NCBI GenBank assembly: GCA_035541775.1
Contig: DATKMP010000120.1
Coordinates: 1-39,196, forward strand
From: Bacteroidota bacterium
GTDB lineage: Bacteria; Bacteroidota; Ignavibacteria; UBA10030
Direction: 5' to 3'
Length of the DNA: 39,196 nucleotides
In this document: positions 9,351 through 17,106 of the stretch, piece after piece
Position numbering within the stretch: position 1 is the stretch's first letter
Layout of the letters: each line of letters begins with the position of its first letter
The notes under the pieces: model-generated
Database searches by the model: none
Told to the model about the DNA's origin: nothing
What the model saw: the letters and a program-made list of their open reading frames with translations, nothing else
Position numbers and translations under genes: made by a program

Positions 9351-11189
9351 ATGTCAGCGGAAAGAGATAAATTTGTTGCATCGAAGCTAGCGAAAATGAC
9401 CCTGGAGGAAAAATGCGGCCAGGTTCTTACCTTCACATGGCGCGGTGCATACTTGACGCCTTCGGGATTTGAACAGATCACCCGGTTGCATGCCGGTGGC
9501 CTTTGTTTGGAACCCTACGCGTTGGAAACCTGTAAAAACTTATATTGGGGACGTTCGCAAGTTGATCCCACGTTCAAGAAACCCAAAGACTGGTTCGATG
9601 TTGCGCACACCTACTTCGACGACCGCAGCTTCGGCGTAAGCGTAACTCCTGAAGAGCTCACTGCTGCGCTCAATCAACTTCAGCAAATCGCGAAAGATCG
9701 TCCCGCGGGTATTCCTCTCCACATTACCATTGACATGGAAGGTGATTTCAAAAACGATTACTCCTCCGGTCACGTCATCCAGTTCCCACCGCCGATGGGT
9801 ATCACTGCAATCGGCGACGTAGATCTCGCCTACAAGGTGGCGTACACGCTCGGTAAGCAAATGGCTTTAATCGGCATCACACAATTTTACCATCCTGTAT
9901 GCGACGTTAACATCAATCCCTTGAATCCTGAAATCGGTGTGCGTTCTTTCGGAGACGATCCGAAGGTTTGCGCAAAATTTGTTGATGCGACAGTTCGCGG
10001 ATATCAAGATGCTGGCATCGTAGCGACTATTAAACATTTTGCCGGTCGCGGTGATTCAGCGACCGATGCGCACGATACATTAGACGTATGCCGTGGCGAC
10101 CTGAAACGCATGAAGGAAGTCGAGCTGGTTACATTTCAGGCAGGCATCGATGCCGGCGCCAAAGCACTGATGACGGCACACACAATCTTCCCAGCATTTG
10201 ATAAAGAATATCCATCCACACTCTCGTCAAAGATTCTCGTTGATCTCTTGCGGAAGGAAATGGGTTTCCAGGGAGTTGTTGTTTCCGATGCTATTGGCAT
10301 GGCCGCCATTCTGAAAAAATGGCCGCTGCCTCAAGCATGTGCCATGGCCATTAAAGCTGGTGTGGACACCATTCTTCTCAAGGCAGACGATGAATCCCGT
10401 TCGCAGTGTTTCTTTGGGATCAAGGGCGCAGTGGAACGTGGAGAACTTTCCGAAGAACGGCTTAACGATGCAGTCCGCCGGCTTCTTTGCATGAAGTACG
10501 ATCAAGGCCTGTTTGAAAAAGCTGGAAAAATGAAACCGGAAGATACGCACCTCCATGTTCACAGCAAGGAAGTTCAAAGTTTCTCACGCGAAGTGGCGGA
10601 GAAAGCGCTTCTTGTGGTGCGCGATAACAAAAAGCTCCTTCCTCTTTCTAAGGACAAAAAAATATTGGTCATCGAACAAATCATTCCTTACTCCTTCTTG
10701 GGTAAAGATCTGTACAGCCATCCGCACATGTTCTGCGAGCAGATGGCCAAGCATTCAATGAACCTCATTTTAGATGATACCGCCTTCTATGCCGGCGACG
10801 AGGAAATAGAGGAAGCTTTGAATCTTGCCAAGTCGGCGGATATGGTTGTTATGACGAATTACTATGCCCGCATCGAGAAAAAGGGCAATAACCAGCGTTT
10901 GGTAAAAGCGTTGAAAGCTGCGGGACACACGGTGGTTGTCGTGACCAACTTCCCGTACCGAAAAGGCGTCACCAGTGAAGCCGACGCTGTGGTCTGCAAC
11001 TTCTCCGGCTCGCCTGATTCTATCCGCGCCGCCGCAGATCTTCTGTGGGGTGCTGTTAAAGCATCTCCGACAACGAAGATGCCGATTGATCTAAGCGCCG
11101 AAGCGAATATTCCTGACGAACCCGCCGCTCCTTTTAAGCCCGCGAAGAAGTCAGGAGCTAAAGCGAATATGTGGGCGGGAAAGTGCTAG
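9351..11189 (+). CDS. GH3 glycoside hydrolase (two-domain beta-glucosidase/beta-xylosidase/NagZ-like), no signal peptide, presumably cytoplasmic
   Basis: GAGGAG RBS. GH3 motifs KHFAGRGDSATDAHD and GVVVSDAIGMAAI (nucleophile Asp context). C-terminal alpha/beta domain. Lys/Ala/Pro-rich tail (PAAPFKPAKKSGAKANMWAGKC). Confidence 0.85.
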   Translation: MSAERDKFVASKLAKMTLEEKCGQVLTFTWRGAYLTPSGFEQITRLHAGGLCLEPYALETCKNLYWGRSQVDPTFKKPKDWFDVAHTYFDDRSFGVSVTPEELTAALNQLQQIAKDRPAGIPLHITIDMEGDFKNDYSSGHVIQFPPPMGITAIGDVDLAYKVAYTLGKQMALIGITQFYHPVCDVNINPLNPEIGVRSFGDDPKVCAKFVDATVRGYQDAGIVATIKHFAGRGDSATDAHDTLDVCRGDLKRMKEVELVTFQAGIDAGAKALMTAHTIFPAFDKEYPSTLSSKILVDLLRKEMGFQGVVVSDAIGMAAILKKWPLPQACAMAIKAGVDTILLKADDESRSQCFFGIKGAVERGELSEERLNDAVRRLLCMKYDQGLFEKAGKMKPEDTHLHVHSKEVQSFSREVAEKALLVVRDNKKLLPLSKDKKILVIEQIIPYSFLGKDLYSHPHMFCEQMAKHSMNLILDDTAFYAGDEEIEEALNLAKSADMVVMTNYYARIEKKGNNQRLVKALKAAGHTVVVVTNFPYRKGVTSEADAVVCNFSGSPDSIRAAADLLWGAVKASPTTKMPIDLSAEANIPDEPAAPFKPAKKSGAKANMWAGKC

Positions 11190-11230
11190 CACCTGCCGTT
11201 TTCTCATAACGCAAATAGAAACAATCATCA

Positions 11231-11271
11231 CAAGCGCCGGCGACGAATTTGAAAATCGAAACCGGCGCTTG
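11231..11271 (+). other. Intra-operon stem-loop between the GH3 and GH116-like genes
   Basis: CAAGCGCCGG (11231-11240) pairs perfectly with CCGGCGCTTG (11262-11271). The loop is 21 nt and can partly pair internally. Only GTTT follows, so it is not a classic terminator. Confidence 0.4.
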
Positions 11272-11315
11272 GTTTAAAACAGAACCTTCAAAAAGAAATT
11301 ATAAATTACAAACCA

Positions 11316-13877
11316 GTGAGCGAGACAAAAATGCCGAAATCAACCGCGTTCGACCTGCATGATATCTACACCATTGCGGGACCCCAAATTGACACCATTT
11401 ATAAAAAGAACAAGATGACGGTTCACTTTCAGGGAATGTCCAAGACGTTGCAGTTCCCGCAAACGGTCGCCCTGCAGGGAGCGCCGACATGTTCTATCGG
11501 CATATCCCCTTATGGTTTGTACAATCGTCTGAACGACGCGGGCAGACTTATCATGCTAAATCAAAAATCGGTTCAGTTCGGCTCTGCACCTTACGTCCGC
11601 ATCGGCGAGACCTGCACGATGCTGACCCAGCAAAAGCTGGACGAAACCGAATTGCCCGATGATATCCCGGCGCTCAAAAATTATTATCATACTCCGATTG
11701 CCGAAAAAAATGTTTCTCTTTCGATTGCCACACCGTCATTGGAGATCACCTATAAACTGGGGAAGATAAAAATCATCCGACGGCTTATCTCTCCTTTGTT
11801 GTCGGGAAACGATCAAACGCTCATGCCCTTTGGCGTCGAAGAGTTTGAAGTTGAAAATACCGCAAATGAGGCCGAAGATCTCTCTCTTGTGATTCCCAGG
11901 CCATCCCTGGTCAACTTACAGGAGAAGGAACTCAAGCCGACCGATCAAGACAGCGTGTACGTAAGTTCGGCCGCAGTCAGCGGTCAAAAGCATGAACAGT
12001 TCCAGTCCGCAGGTCTTCGCGGAGTGATTATGGGCAGCACAGAAACCGACAACCGAATGGCGATAGCTGTGCCCGAACTGCCAGGTGTCACTATAGATGT
12101 TCAACCATACTTTTGTCTGAACAAATATACAGGCGATCTTCTTTTAAATGAGGATGGAAGTTTCTATGAAAAGCGCGAGCCATTACTCCGCAGTGATTAT
12201 GGAGCAGCTATCAGTCTGACTTTCACCGTTGGCCCGAAGTCAATAGTGAAAATTCCTGTGATTGTTGTGCTCGATTTTCCAGTACAGATTTACATTGATG
12301 GAACGACATTTGAACGAAAATATGTTAAAAAATTTCCAAACGCGGTGACGCGGACAATTGACTTAGCCCAACGTGCGCTGGAAAATTATCCGGCATGGTG
12401 GGATCGGACTGTTGCGATCCAGAAACGAATCTTCGATTCGATCCAGACTAGTTCTTCTTACAAAGGCGATCGTGCTGGTGCTTTACGTCTTACCCGCCTG
12501 ATTCTAAACGAACTTCATTTTCCGTTGTCCAATGCCATCGTCTGGATTGAGGATGAAAATGGAAAGGATCGTGCACGGTTTCTGGAATGTTTCGATTACG
12601 CGTACATCGATCCTTCCGATGTGGATTGGTATTCGATGGTGTTGCTGATGCTTTTCCCGCAAGTTGAAAAAGATTTGTGTCAGGCATTCATCGATTCGAT
12701 TCAAGCCGTAGATCCAACGCCACGTTGGTACCACTACCATGCGTCCTTCGTTGATGCACGCAGACATTTCCAAGAACATCCAGAGGCATACGAAGGTCAA
12801 TCGATGACTCAAATCCGCGACGACTTTAAAACGAAGGGAAGTGTGGCTCACGATGTAGGCGCCATGCCCAAGGGACATCCACTCCGCAACGTAAGTGATT
12901 ATGCATGGTATAACAACAACTACTGGGTCGATCTGTATCCAAAACTTGCAATGCGTGTGCTGCGCAATGTCAAGTTCACAGGCGATATCGAATTCGTAAA
13001 GAAGAATTGGGAAACACTCAAATTTGGATTGGAGTCACTGCTCCAGCTCGATTTTGACAACGACGGCATACCCGAGGGTTATCCTAACGAAGTGAAGAAC
13101 ACATTCGATAATTTAGTCCTCTTCGGAGCCGATGCTTATGATGCGACGCAATTTTTAGGCGGATGCCAAGCCCTGATCACACTGGCCGATATAGTCGGCG
13201 ACCAAGCTGGCAAGGAACGCATACAACAAGCATTCGATAAAGGTTGGCAAGCGCTCGAAAAACTGTGGCGTGACGGAAAAAACAAAAAGGGCGAGAAGCT
13301 TCAGTATTATATCACGTGCTTCGATCCCGAGAGTGGAAAGAAAAATACCGACGTCTGGACCAACCAGCTCGATGCTTTGTGGTACCTGATCGCGATCGGT
13401 GAAAAGCCGCTCATTCCCGAAGACCGCGTTAAAAAAATTCTCAAAACAATTTATCGTAATAACCACTCTTTCATGGGTTGGGCCATGTGCAAAACCGAAA
13501 ATGGTAAACCGGTAGAGTCGGATCAAGGAAAAGACGTCTATACGACTTCCAATTATGTCTTTGCCCAATTGTTGGAATACTATGGTATGACGCGGGAGAG
13601 TAAAGAAGTCTATAAACACATGGATCGAGTGGTCTTCGATTATGCCAATACGATGACCACACCGGACAATCTTCGCGCGGAATTAGAGAAAGAGGCGGGA
13701 GAGTCTGCAGCTGGGCCGCATTATATCGTTGCCGCCTATCCGCGACCGGGTGCTGTCTGGACGCATCTGGTTCTGAACCACATCAAAGACGTGCAAGCTA
13801 AGACTCAATCGAAGACAGTCGAATCAAAAGACCTGATGCCGTTCTTCTCTGAATTACTAAAAGAAACAGAGAACTAA
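11316..13877 (+). CDS. Divergent GH116/DUF608-type (GBA2-like) beta-glycosidase, no signal peptide
   Basis: C-terminal (alpha/alpha)6-type block: HDVGAMPKGHPLRN..NYWVDLYPKLAMRVLRNVKFTGDIEF..LDFDNDGIPEGYPNEVKNTFDNLVLFGADAYDATQFLGGCQAL. It matches the DUF608 pattern HDxG...W.DL..KF.L...R......D.DGxxE...TxD....G.saY. The N-terminal domain is divergent. The start is GTG 11316 or ATG 11331, and neither has a good RBS. Confidence 0.7.
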   Translation: MSETKMPKSTAFDLHDIYTIAGPQIDTIYKKNKMTVHFQGMSKTLQFPQTVALQGAPTCSIGISPYGLYNRLNDAGRLIMLNQKSVQFGSAPYVRIGETCTMLTQQKLDETELPDDIPALKNYYHTPIAEKNVSLSIATPSLEITYKLGKIKIIRRLISPLLSGNDQTLMPFGVEEFEVENTANEAEDLSLVIPRPSLVNLQEKELKPTDQDSVYVSSAAVSGQKHEQFQSAGLRGVIMGSTETDNRMAIAVPELPGVTIDVQPYFCLNKYTGDLLLNEDGSFYEKREPLLRSDYGAAISLTFTVGPKSIVKIPVIVVLDFPVQIYIDGTTFERKYVKKFPNAVTRTIDLAQRALENYPAWWDRTVAIQKRIFDSIQTSSSYKGDRAGALRLTRLILNELHFPLSNAIVWIEDENGKDRARFLECFDYAYIDPSDVDWYSMVLLMLFPQVEKDLCQAFIDSIQAVDPTPRWYHYHASFVDARRHFQEHPEAYEGQSMTQIRDDFKTKGSVAHDVGAMPKGHPLRNVSDYAWYNNNYWVDLYPKLAMRVLRNVKFTGDIEFVKKNWETLKFGLESLLQLDFDNDGIPEGYPNEVKNTFDNLVLFGADAYDATQFLGGCQALITLADIVGDQAGKERIQQAFDKGWQALEKLWRDGKNKKGEKLQYYITCFDPESGKKNTDVWTNQLDALWYLIAIGEKPLIPEDRVKKILKTIYRNNHSFMGWAMCKTENGKPVESDQGKDVYTTSNYVFAQLLEYYGMTRESKEVYKHMDRVVFDYANTMTTPDNLRAELEKEAGESAAGPHYIVAAYPRPGAVWTHLVLNHIKDVQAKTQSKTVESKDLMPFFSELLKETEN

Positions 13878-13990
13878 ATTAAAAATCAGACGCGGTTCCC
13901 GTATGGGATTCAGTCTGGAAGCGCGATAATGAAAGTCCGCTTTGAACAAAAAGAACAAATTATTTGACGTTACCATCAACTAAGGATTAA

Positions 13991-14893
13991 ATGAATATGT
14001 CTAAAAAGTACGACATCACTTTTGTAGGCCACATGTGCTATGATGAAATTGTTCCATTCGGCGGAAAGCCGCGTGTTGCTCCGGGAAGCGCCGTTTTGTG
14101 CGGAGCCATGGTCGCTGCAAGAGTAGGCAAGAAAGTTGCTACTGTGGTCAAGATGGCTAAAAAAGATGAATCCATTCTCCAGCCGATGAAAAATATCGGC
14201 ATCGATACGTACCTCATTCCAAGTGACGAAACTTCGTATAACAGGGTGGTTCACGAGTCCGAGAACGTTGATGAACGCACAATGACGCTCATAAAATCTG
14301 CAGGATTGATTTCTCTCAACGAAGTTCCGGCTTTAGACTCGACGTGTTTTCATCTGGCGGGAATATCGGACACCGAATTCGACATGGCGCTTATGAAGGG
14401 TTTAAAGTCCAGAAACTACAAAAGTCTATCGGTCGATATGCAGAGTTTCGTCCGGCATATCAATCCGGTGACACACAATCATGAATTTAGCGATGTCGCC
14501 GATAAAAAAGAGATCGCGGCGATGATGGATAAGCTCAAGCTGGATGTTGTGGAAGCACGCCTTCTCACTGGTACGGATGATTTAGAGAAGGCCGCTCTCA
14601 TCGTTGAATCTTGGGGATGTCGGGAAGTCATGATCACTCATTCGCAAGGTGTATTGGCGCGGGTGAATGGTGTAACGTATTATGAAAAATTTTCTAACAG
14701 TAACGTTTCAGGCAGAACAGGACGTGGGGATACGACTTTTTCGGCGTACCTGTCCTGGCGGTTAGATCATGATCCCAAGGAATCCCTGAAATTCGCGGCG
14801 GCATTGGTTTCAATCAAGATGGAAACTCCCGGGCCTTTCAGTGGATCATTAGAGGATGTCTTAATCCGGTTGAAAGAAAAGCATTCTTTGTAA
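13991..14893 (+). CDS. PfkB/ribokinase-family carbohydrate kinase, substrate unknown
   Basis: 300 aa. C-terminal PfkB anion-hole motif SGRTGRGDTTFSAY. N-terminal ITFVGHMCYDEI..GSAVLCGAMVAARVGKKV resembles the VGH..D-type PfkB subgroup rather than classic RbsK/KdgK. AAGGA RBS. An alternative ATG lies at 13997. Confidence 0.75.
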   Translation: MNMSKKYDITFVGHMCYDEIVPFGGKPRVAPGSAVLCGAMVAARVGKKVATVVKMAKKDESILQPMKNIGIDTYLIPSDETSYNRVVHESENVDERTMTLIKSAGLISLNEVPALDSTCFHLAGISDTEFDMALMKGLKSRNYKSLSVDMQSFVRHINPVTHNHEFSDVADKKEIAAMMDKLKLDVVEARLLTGTDDLEKAALIVESWGCREVMITHSQGVLARVNGVTYYEKFSNSNVSGRTGRGDTTFSAYLSWRLDHDPKESLKFAAALVSIKMETPGPFSGSLEDVLIRLKEKHSL

Positions 14894-14960
14894 AGGAGTG
14901 ATAAAAGCGTTAATCGATCTTTTCGCAGGAACGATTTCCGTTACATATTTTGAGTTATGA

Positions 14961-14988
14961 TGCTGTTAGAGATAACAGCATTTTTTTT
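14961..14988 (+). terminator. Rho-independent terminator of the GH3-GH116-PfkB operon
   Basis: TGCTGTTA-GAGA-TAACAGCA is a perfect 8-bp stem with a tetraloop, followed directly by T8 (14981-14988). Confidence 0.8.
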
Positions 14989-15001
14989 GCCGCCAGTGGT
15001 T

Positions 15002-15450
15002 TTAAGGGCACAGTGCGATACCCATGGTGAACTTTTTAGAAGCCCTTTCAACAATGGTCGTACGCCGGTCATCCATCGTCATCCACGCATCTTGATGATA
15101 CTTTCCTGCTTTCGGTTCACCAAAGTGCTGAAACGTTTATCGAACGGTCAACCATAAGGGAATCCAGAATTCTGTACTTTGCGCCATGCCGGTTCATCGG
15201 CGGGGAAGATGGGTGGGCAAATAAAAACGTCCGGGTGTGTCAGATTGGTTTTAAAACAGGTTCTCGTAAAATTTGTTTGCTATAATACTAAAAAAGTAAA
15301 TCAACCATGTGTCTCGACGTCCGATAGGGTTTCGTGATATTGGACATCTGCACCGCCGGCCTCCATGATCGCTATCGTCGAAGTTTCGATAGGAATAAAG
15401 TCCATGGTTCCACAAGGATTTTTCTTGATCTGTGCAGTTACCAAGCTCAT
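15002..15450 (-). pseudogene. Possible decayed minus-strand gene: an intact 49-codon 5' ORF followed by out-of-frame protein-like fragments
   Basis: The reverse strand reads ATG(15450)..MSLVTAQIKKNPCGTMDFIPIETSTIAIMEAGGADVQYHETLSDVETHG*(15301). Further fragments follow in other frames: HPDVFICPPIFPADEPAWRKVQNSGFPYG* and FQHFGEPKAGKYHQDAWMTMDDRRTTIVERASKKFTMGIALCP*(15002). I recognised no family. Confidence 0.25.
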
Positions 15451-15471
15451 ATTTTCATAGAGTAAAATTGT

Positions 15472-15534
15472 TTTTTAACTTGCTTTTACAGACCTTACAT
15501 ATTATTATTGAATCGGTTTAATTGTTGTTGAACC
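15472..15534 (+). promoter_or_regulatory. Conserved promoter/operator block, copy 2. -35-like TTAACT (15475-15480), same A/T-rich -10 region, inverted repeat GGTTTAA-N6-TTGAACC (15515-15534)
   Basis: Direct repeat of 9229-9293 with about 90% identity. It lies about 180 nt upstream of the GPH transporter start. Confidence 0.55.
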
Positions 15535-15716
15535 TTTTAAAAAGAATAACAAGAGCCGAAGAAAAATGACGCGGATCTCGTTAATCTATTTGGTAGGTCA
15601 CTTGGTCGATGAAGAATGGTCGTACACCATTGATGTGAGAAATGAAAATCGCCAAAAGCTGTTCGTATTGTTACGGTTTCGTTTAATCAAATAAAAAAAA
15701 TAATTTAGAATAACGC

Positions 15717-17093
15717 TTGAGGTCTCTTGTGCAATCTCTTTCTGAAAAACTTTCCGTAAAAGAAAAAGTCGGATATGCCCTTGGCGATACCGCCGCTAAT
15801 TTTATTTTCCAAACGATGATTATGTTCCAGTTGGCATTTTACACCGACACGTTCGGTTTAACTGCCGTTGCTGCAGGAACATTGTTTTTAGTGGTACGAT
15901 TCTGGGATGCAATTTTTGACCCTGTTATGGGAGTGGTTGCAGATAAAACCAATACACGATTCGGAAAATTTCGTCCATGGATTTTGTGGACCGCAATACC
16001 GTTCGGGATCATGGGATTTTTAACATTCATGACGCCGAACTTTTCGCCAGGCGGAAAATTAATTTATGCATACGTCACCTATATTATATTGATGATGGTG
16101 TATTCGGCGAACAACCTTCCGTATTCGGCGTTGAGCGGAGTGATGACCGGAAATCTTGGTGAACGCACCGGCTTGTCGCAGTACCGATTTGTGTTTGCAA
16201 TGATTGCACAGTTGATTATTCAAGGGTTGGCTCTGCCGATGGTGTATTTTTTCGGCAAGGGCAATAATGCCATCGGGTATCAATGGACCATGGGAATTTT
16301 TTCCACGCTTGCAGTTTTCTTGTTCTTTATTACGTTCGCAACGACGAAAGAACGCATTCAACCGGCGCCGAATCAAAAGGCAACGGTCAAACAACACTTT
16401 TCCGACCTTACCAAAAATGGCCCGTGGATGGCAATGTTCGCGCTTACCATTATTCTCTTTATTACGCTCTCGCAGCGTGGAAGTGTTGTGCTCTATTACT
16501 TTAAATATTATGTACGGGATGAAGGCTACTTTAGCATGTTCAATGTGCTGGGAACGCTCGCCACGATTATCGGTATCTTTTTCTCAAAAGGACTGGCAAT
16601 GAAATACGGCAAACGCAACGTGTTCATCGGCGGCTTGCTGGGAACAACGTTGTTCACGGCGCTCTTTGTATTCTTGCCGCCTTCTGCAGTGCCGATGATG
16701 TTTGCCACTGAAATTCTCCGACAGTTTTCCTATGGGTTCACCATTCCATTGTTATGGGCAATGATGGCAGACGTTGCAGATTATTCCGAGTGGAAAAACA
16801 ACCGGCGTGCAACCGCGATTGTTTTCTCGGCAATTGTATTCGCCTTAAAAGCGGGACTTGGTTTTGGCGGCGCCATATCCGGCTATGTATTGTCCCTCTA
16901 CGGCTACGTGCCGAACGCGGTTCAAACACCGGAAGCGTTAAATGGCATACGCATGGCAATGAGTATTTTTCCGGCAATCACATTTGGACTCTGTGTAATA
17001 TGTTTGTGCTTCTATCGCATTAACAAGCAAACGGAAATTCAAATCTCAACGGAGTTAGAAGAGCGGCGCAAGTTGTACGCTCCCGCGAACTAA
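15717..17093 (+). CDS. Glycoside-pentoside-hexuronide (GPH) family sugar:cation symporter (xyloside/xylo-oligosaccharide or glucuronide transporter type)
   Basis: GPH N-terminal signature KVGYALGDTAANFIFQ..FYTD..GL.A..AGTLFLVVRFWDAIFDPVMGVVADKTNTRFGKFRPW. About 12 predicted hydrophobic segments. The start is TTG 15717 or GTG 15729. Confidence 0.88.
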   Translation: MRSLVQSLSEKLSVKEKVGYALGDTAANFIFQTMIMFQLAFYTDTFGLTAVAAGTLFLVVRFWDAIFDPVMGVVADKTNTRFGKFRPWILWTAIPFGIMGFLTFMTPNFSPGGKLIYAYVTYIILMMVYSANNLPYSALSGVMTGNLGERTGLSQYRFVFAMIAQLIIQGLALPMVYFFGKGNNAIGYQWTMGIFSTLAVFLFFITFATTKERIQPAPNQKATVKQHFSDLTKNGPWMAMFALTIILFITLSQRGSVVLYYFKYYVRDEGYFSMFNVLGTLATIIGIFFSKGLAMKYGKRNVFIGGLLGTTLFTALFVFLPPSAVPMMFATEILRQFSYGFTIPLLWAMMADVADYSEWKNNRRATAIVFSAIVFALKAGLGFGGAISGYVLSLYGYVPNAVQTPEALNGIRMAMSIFPAITFGLCVICLCFYRINKQTEIQISTELEERRKLYAPAN

Positions 17094-17106
17094 TCATTCG
17101 GCGATT

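Noticed and set aside
14957-15157. A 66-aa + strand ORF downstream of the PfkB gene.
   Set aside because: It starts inside the terminator hairpin and T-run (14961-14988), has no RBS, and its sequence is nonsense-like. The minus-strand remnants explain the region better.
9229-15534. The direct repeats flanking the 6.2-kb segment, considered as ends of a mobile element.
   Set aside because: I recognised no transposase, integrase or recombinase, no terminal inverted repeats and no target-site duplication. The repeats look like promoter/operator DNA, so this is treated as a regulatory duplication or rearrangement scar and not annotated as a mobile element.
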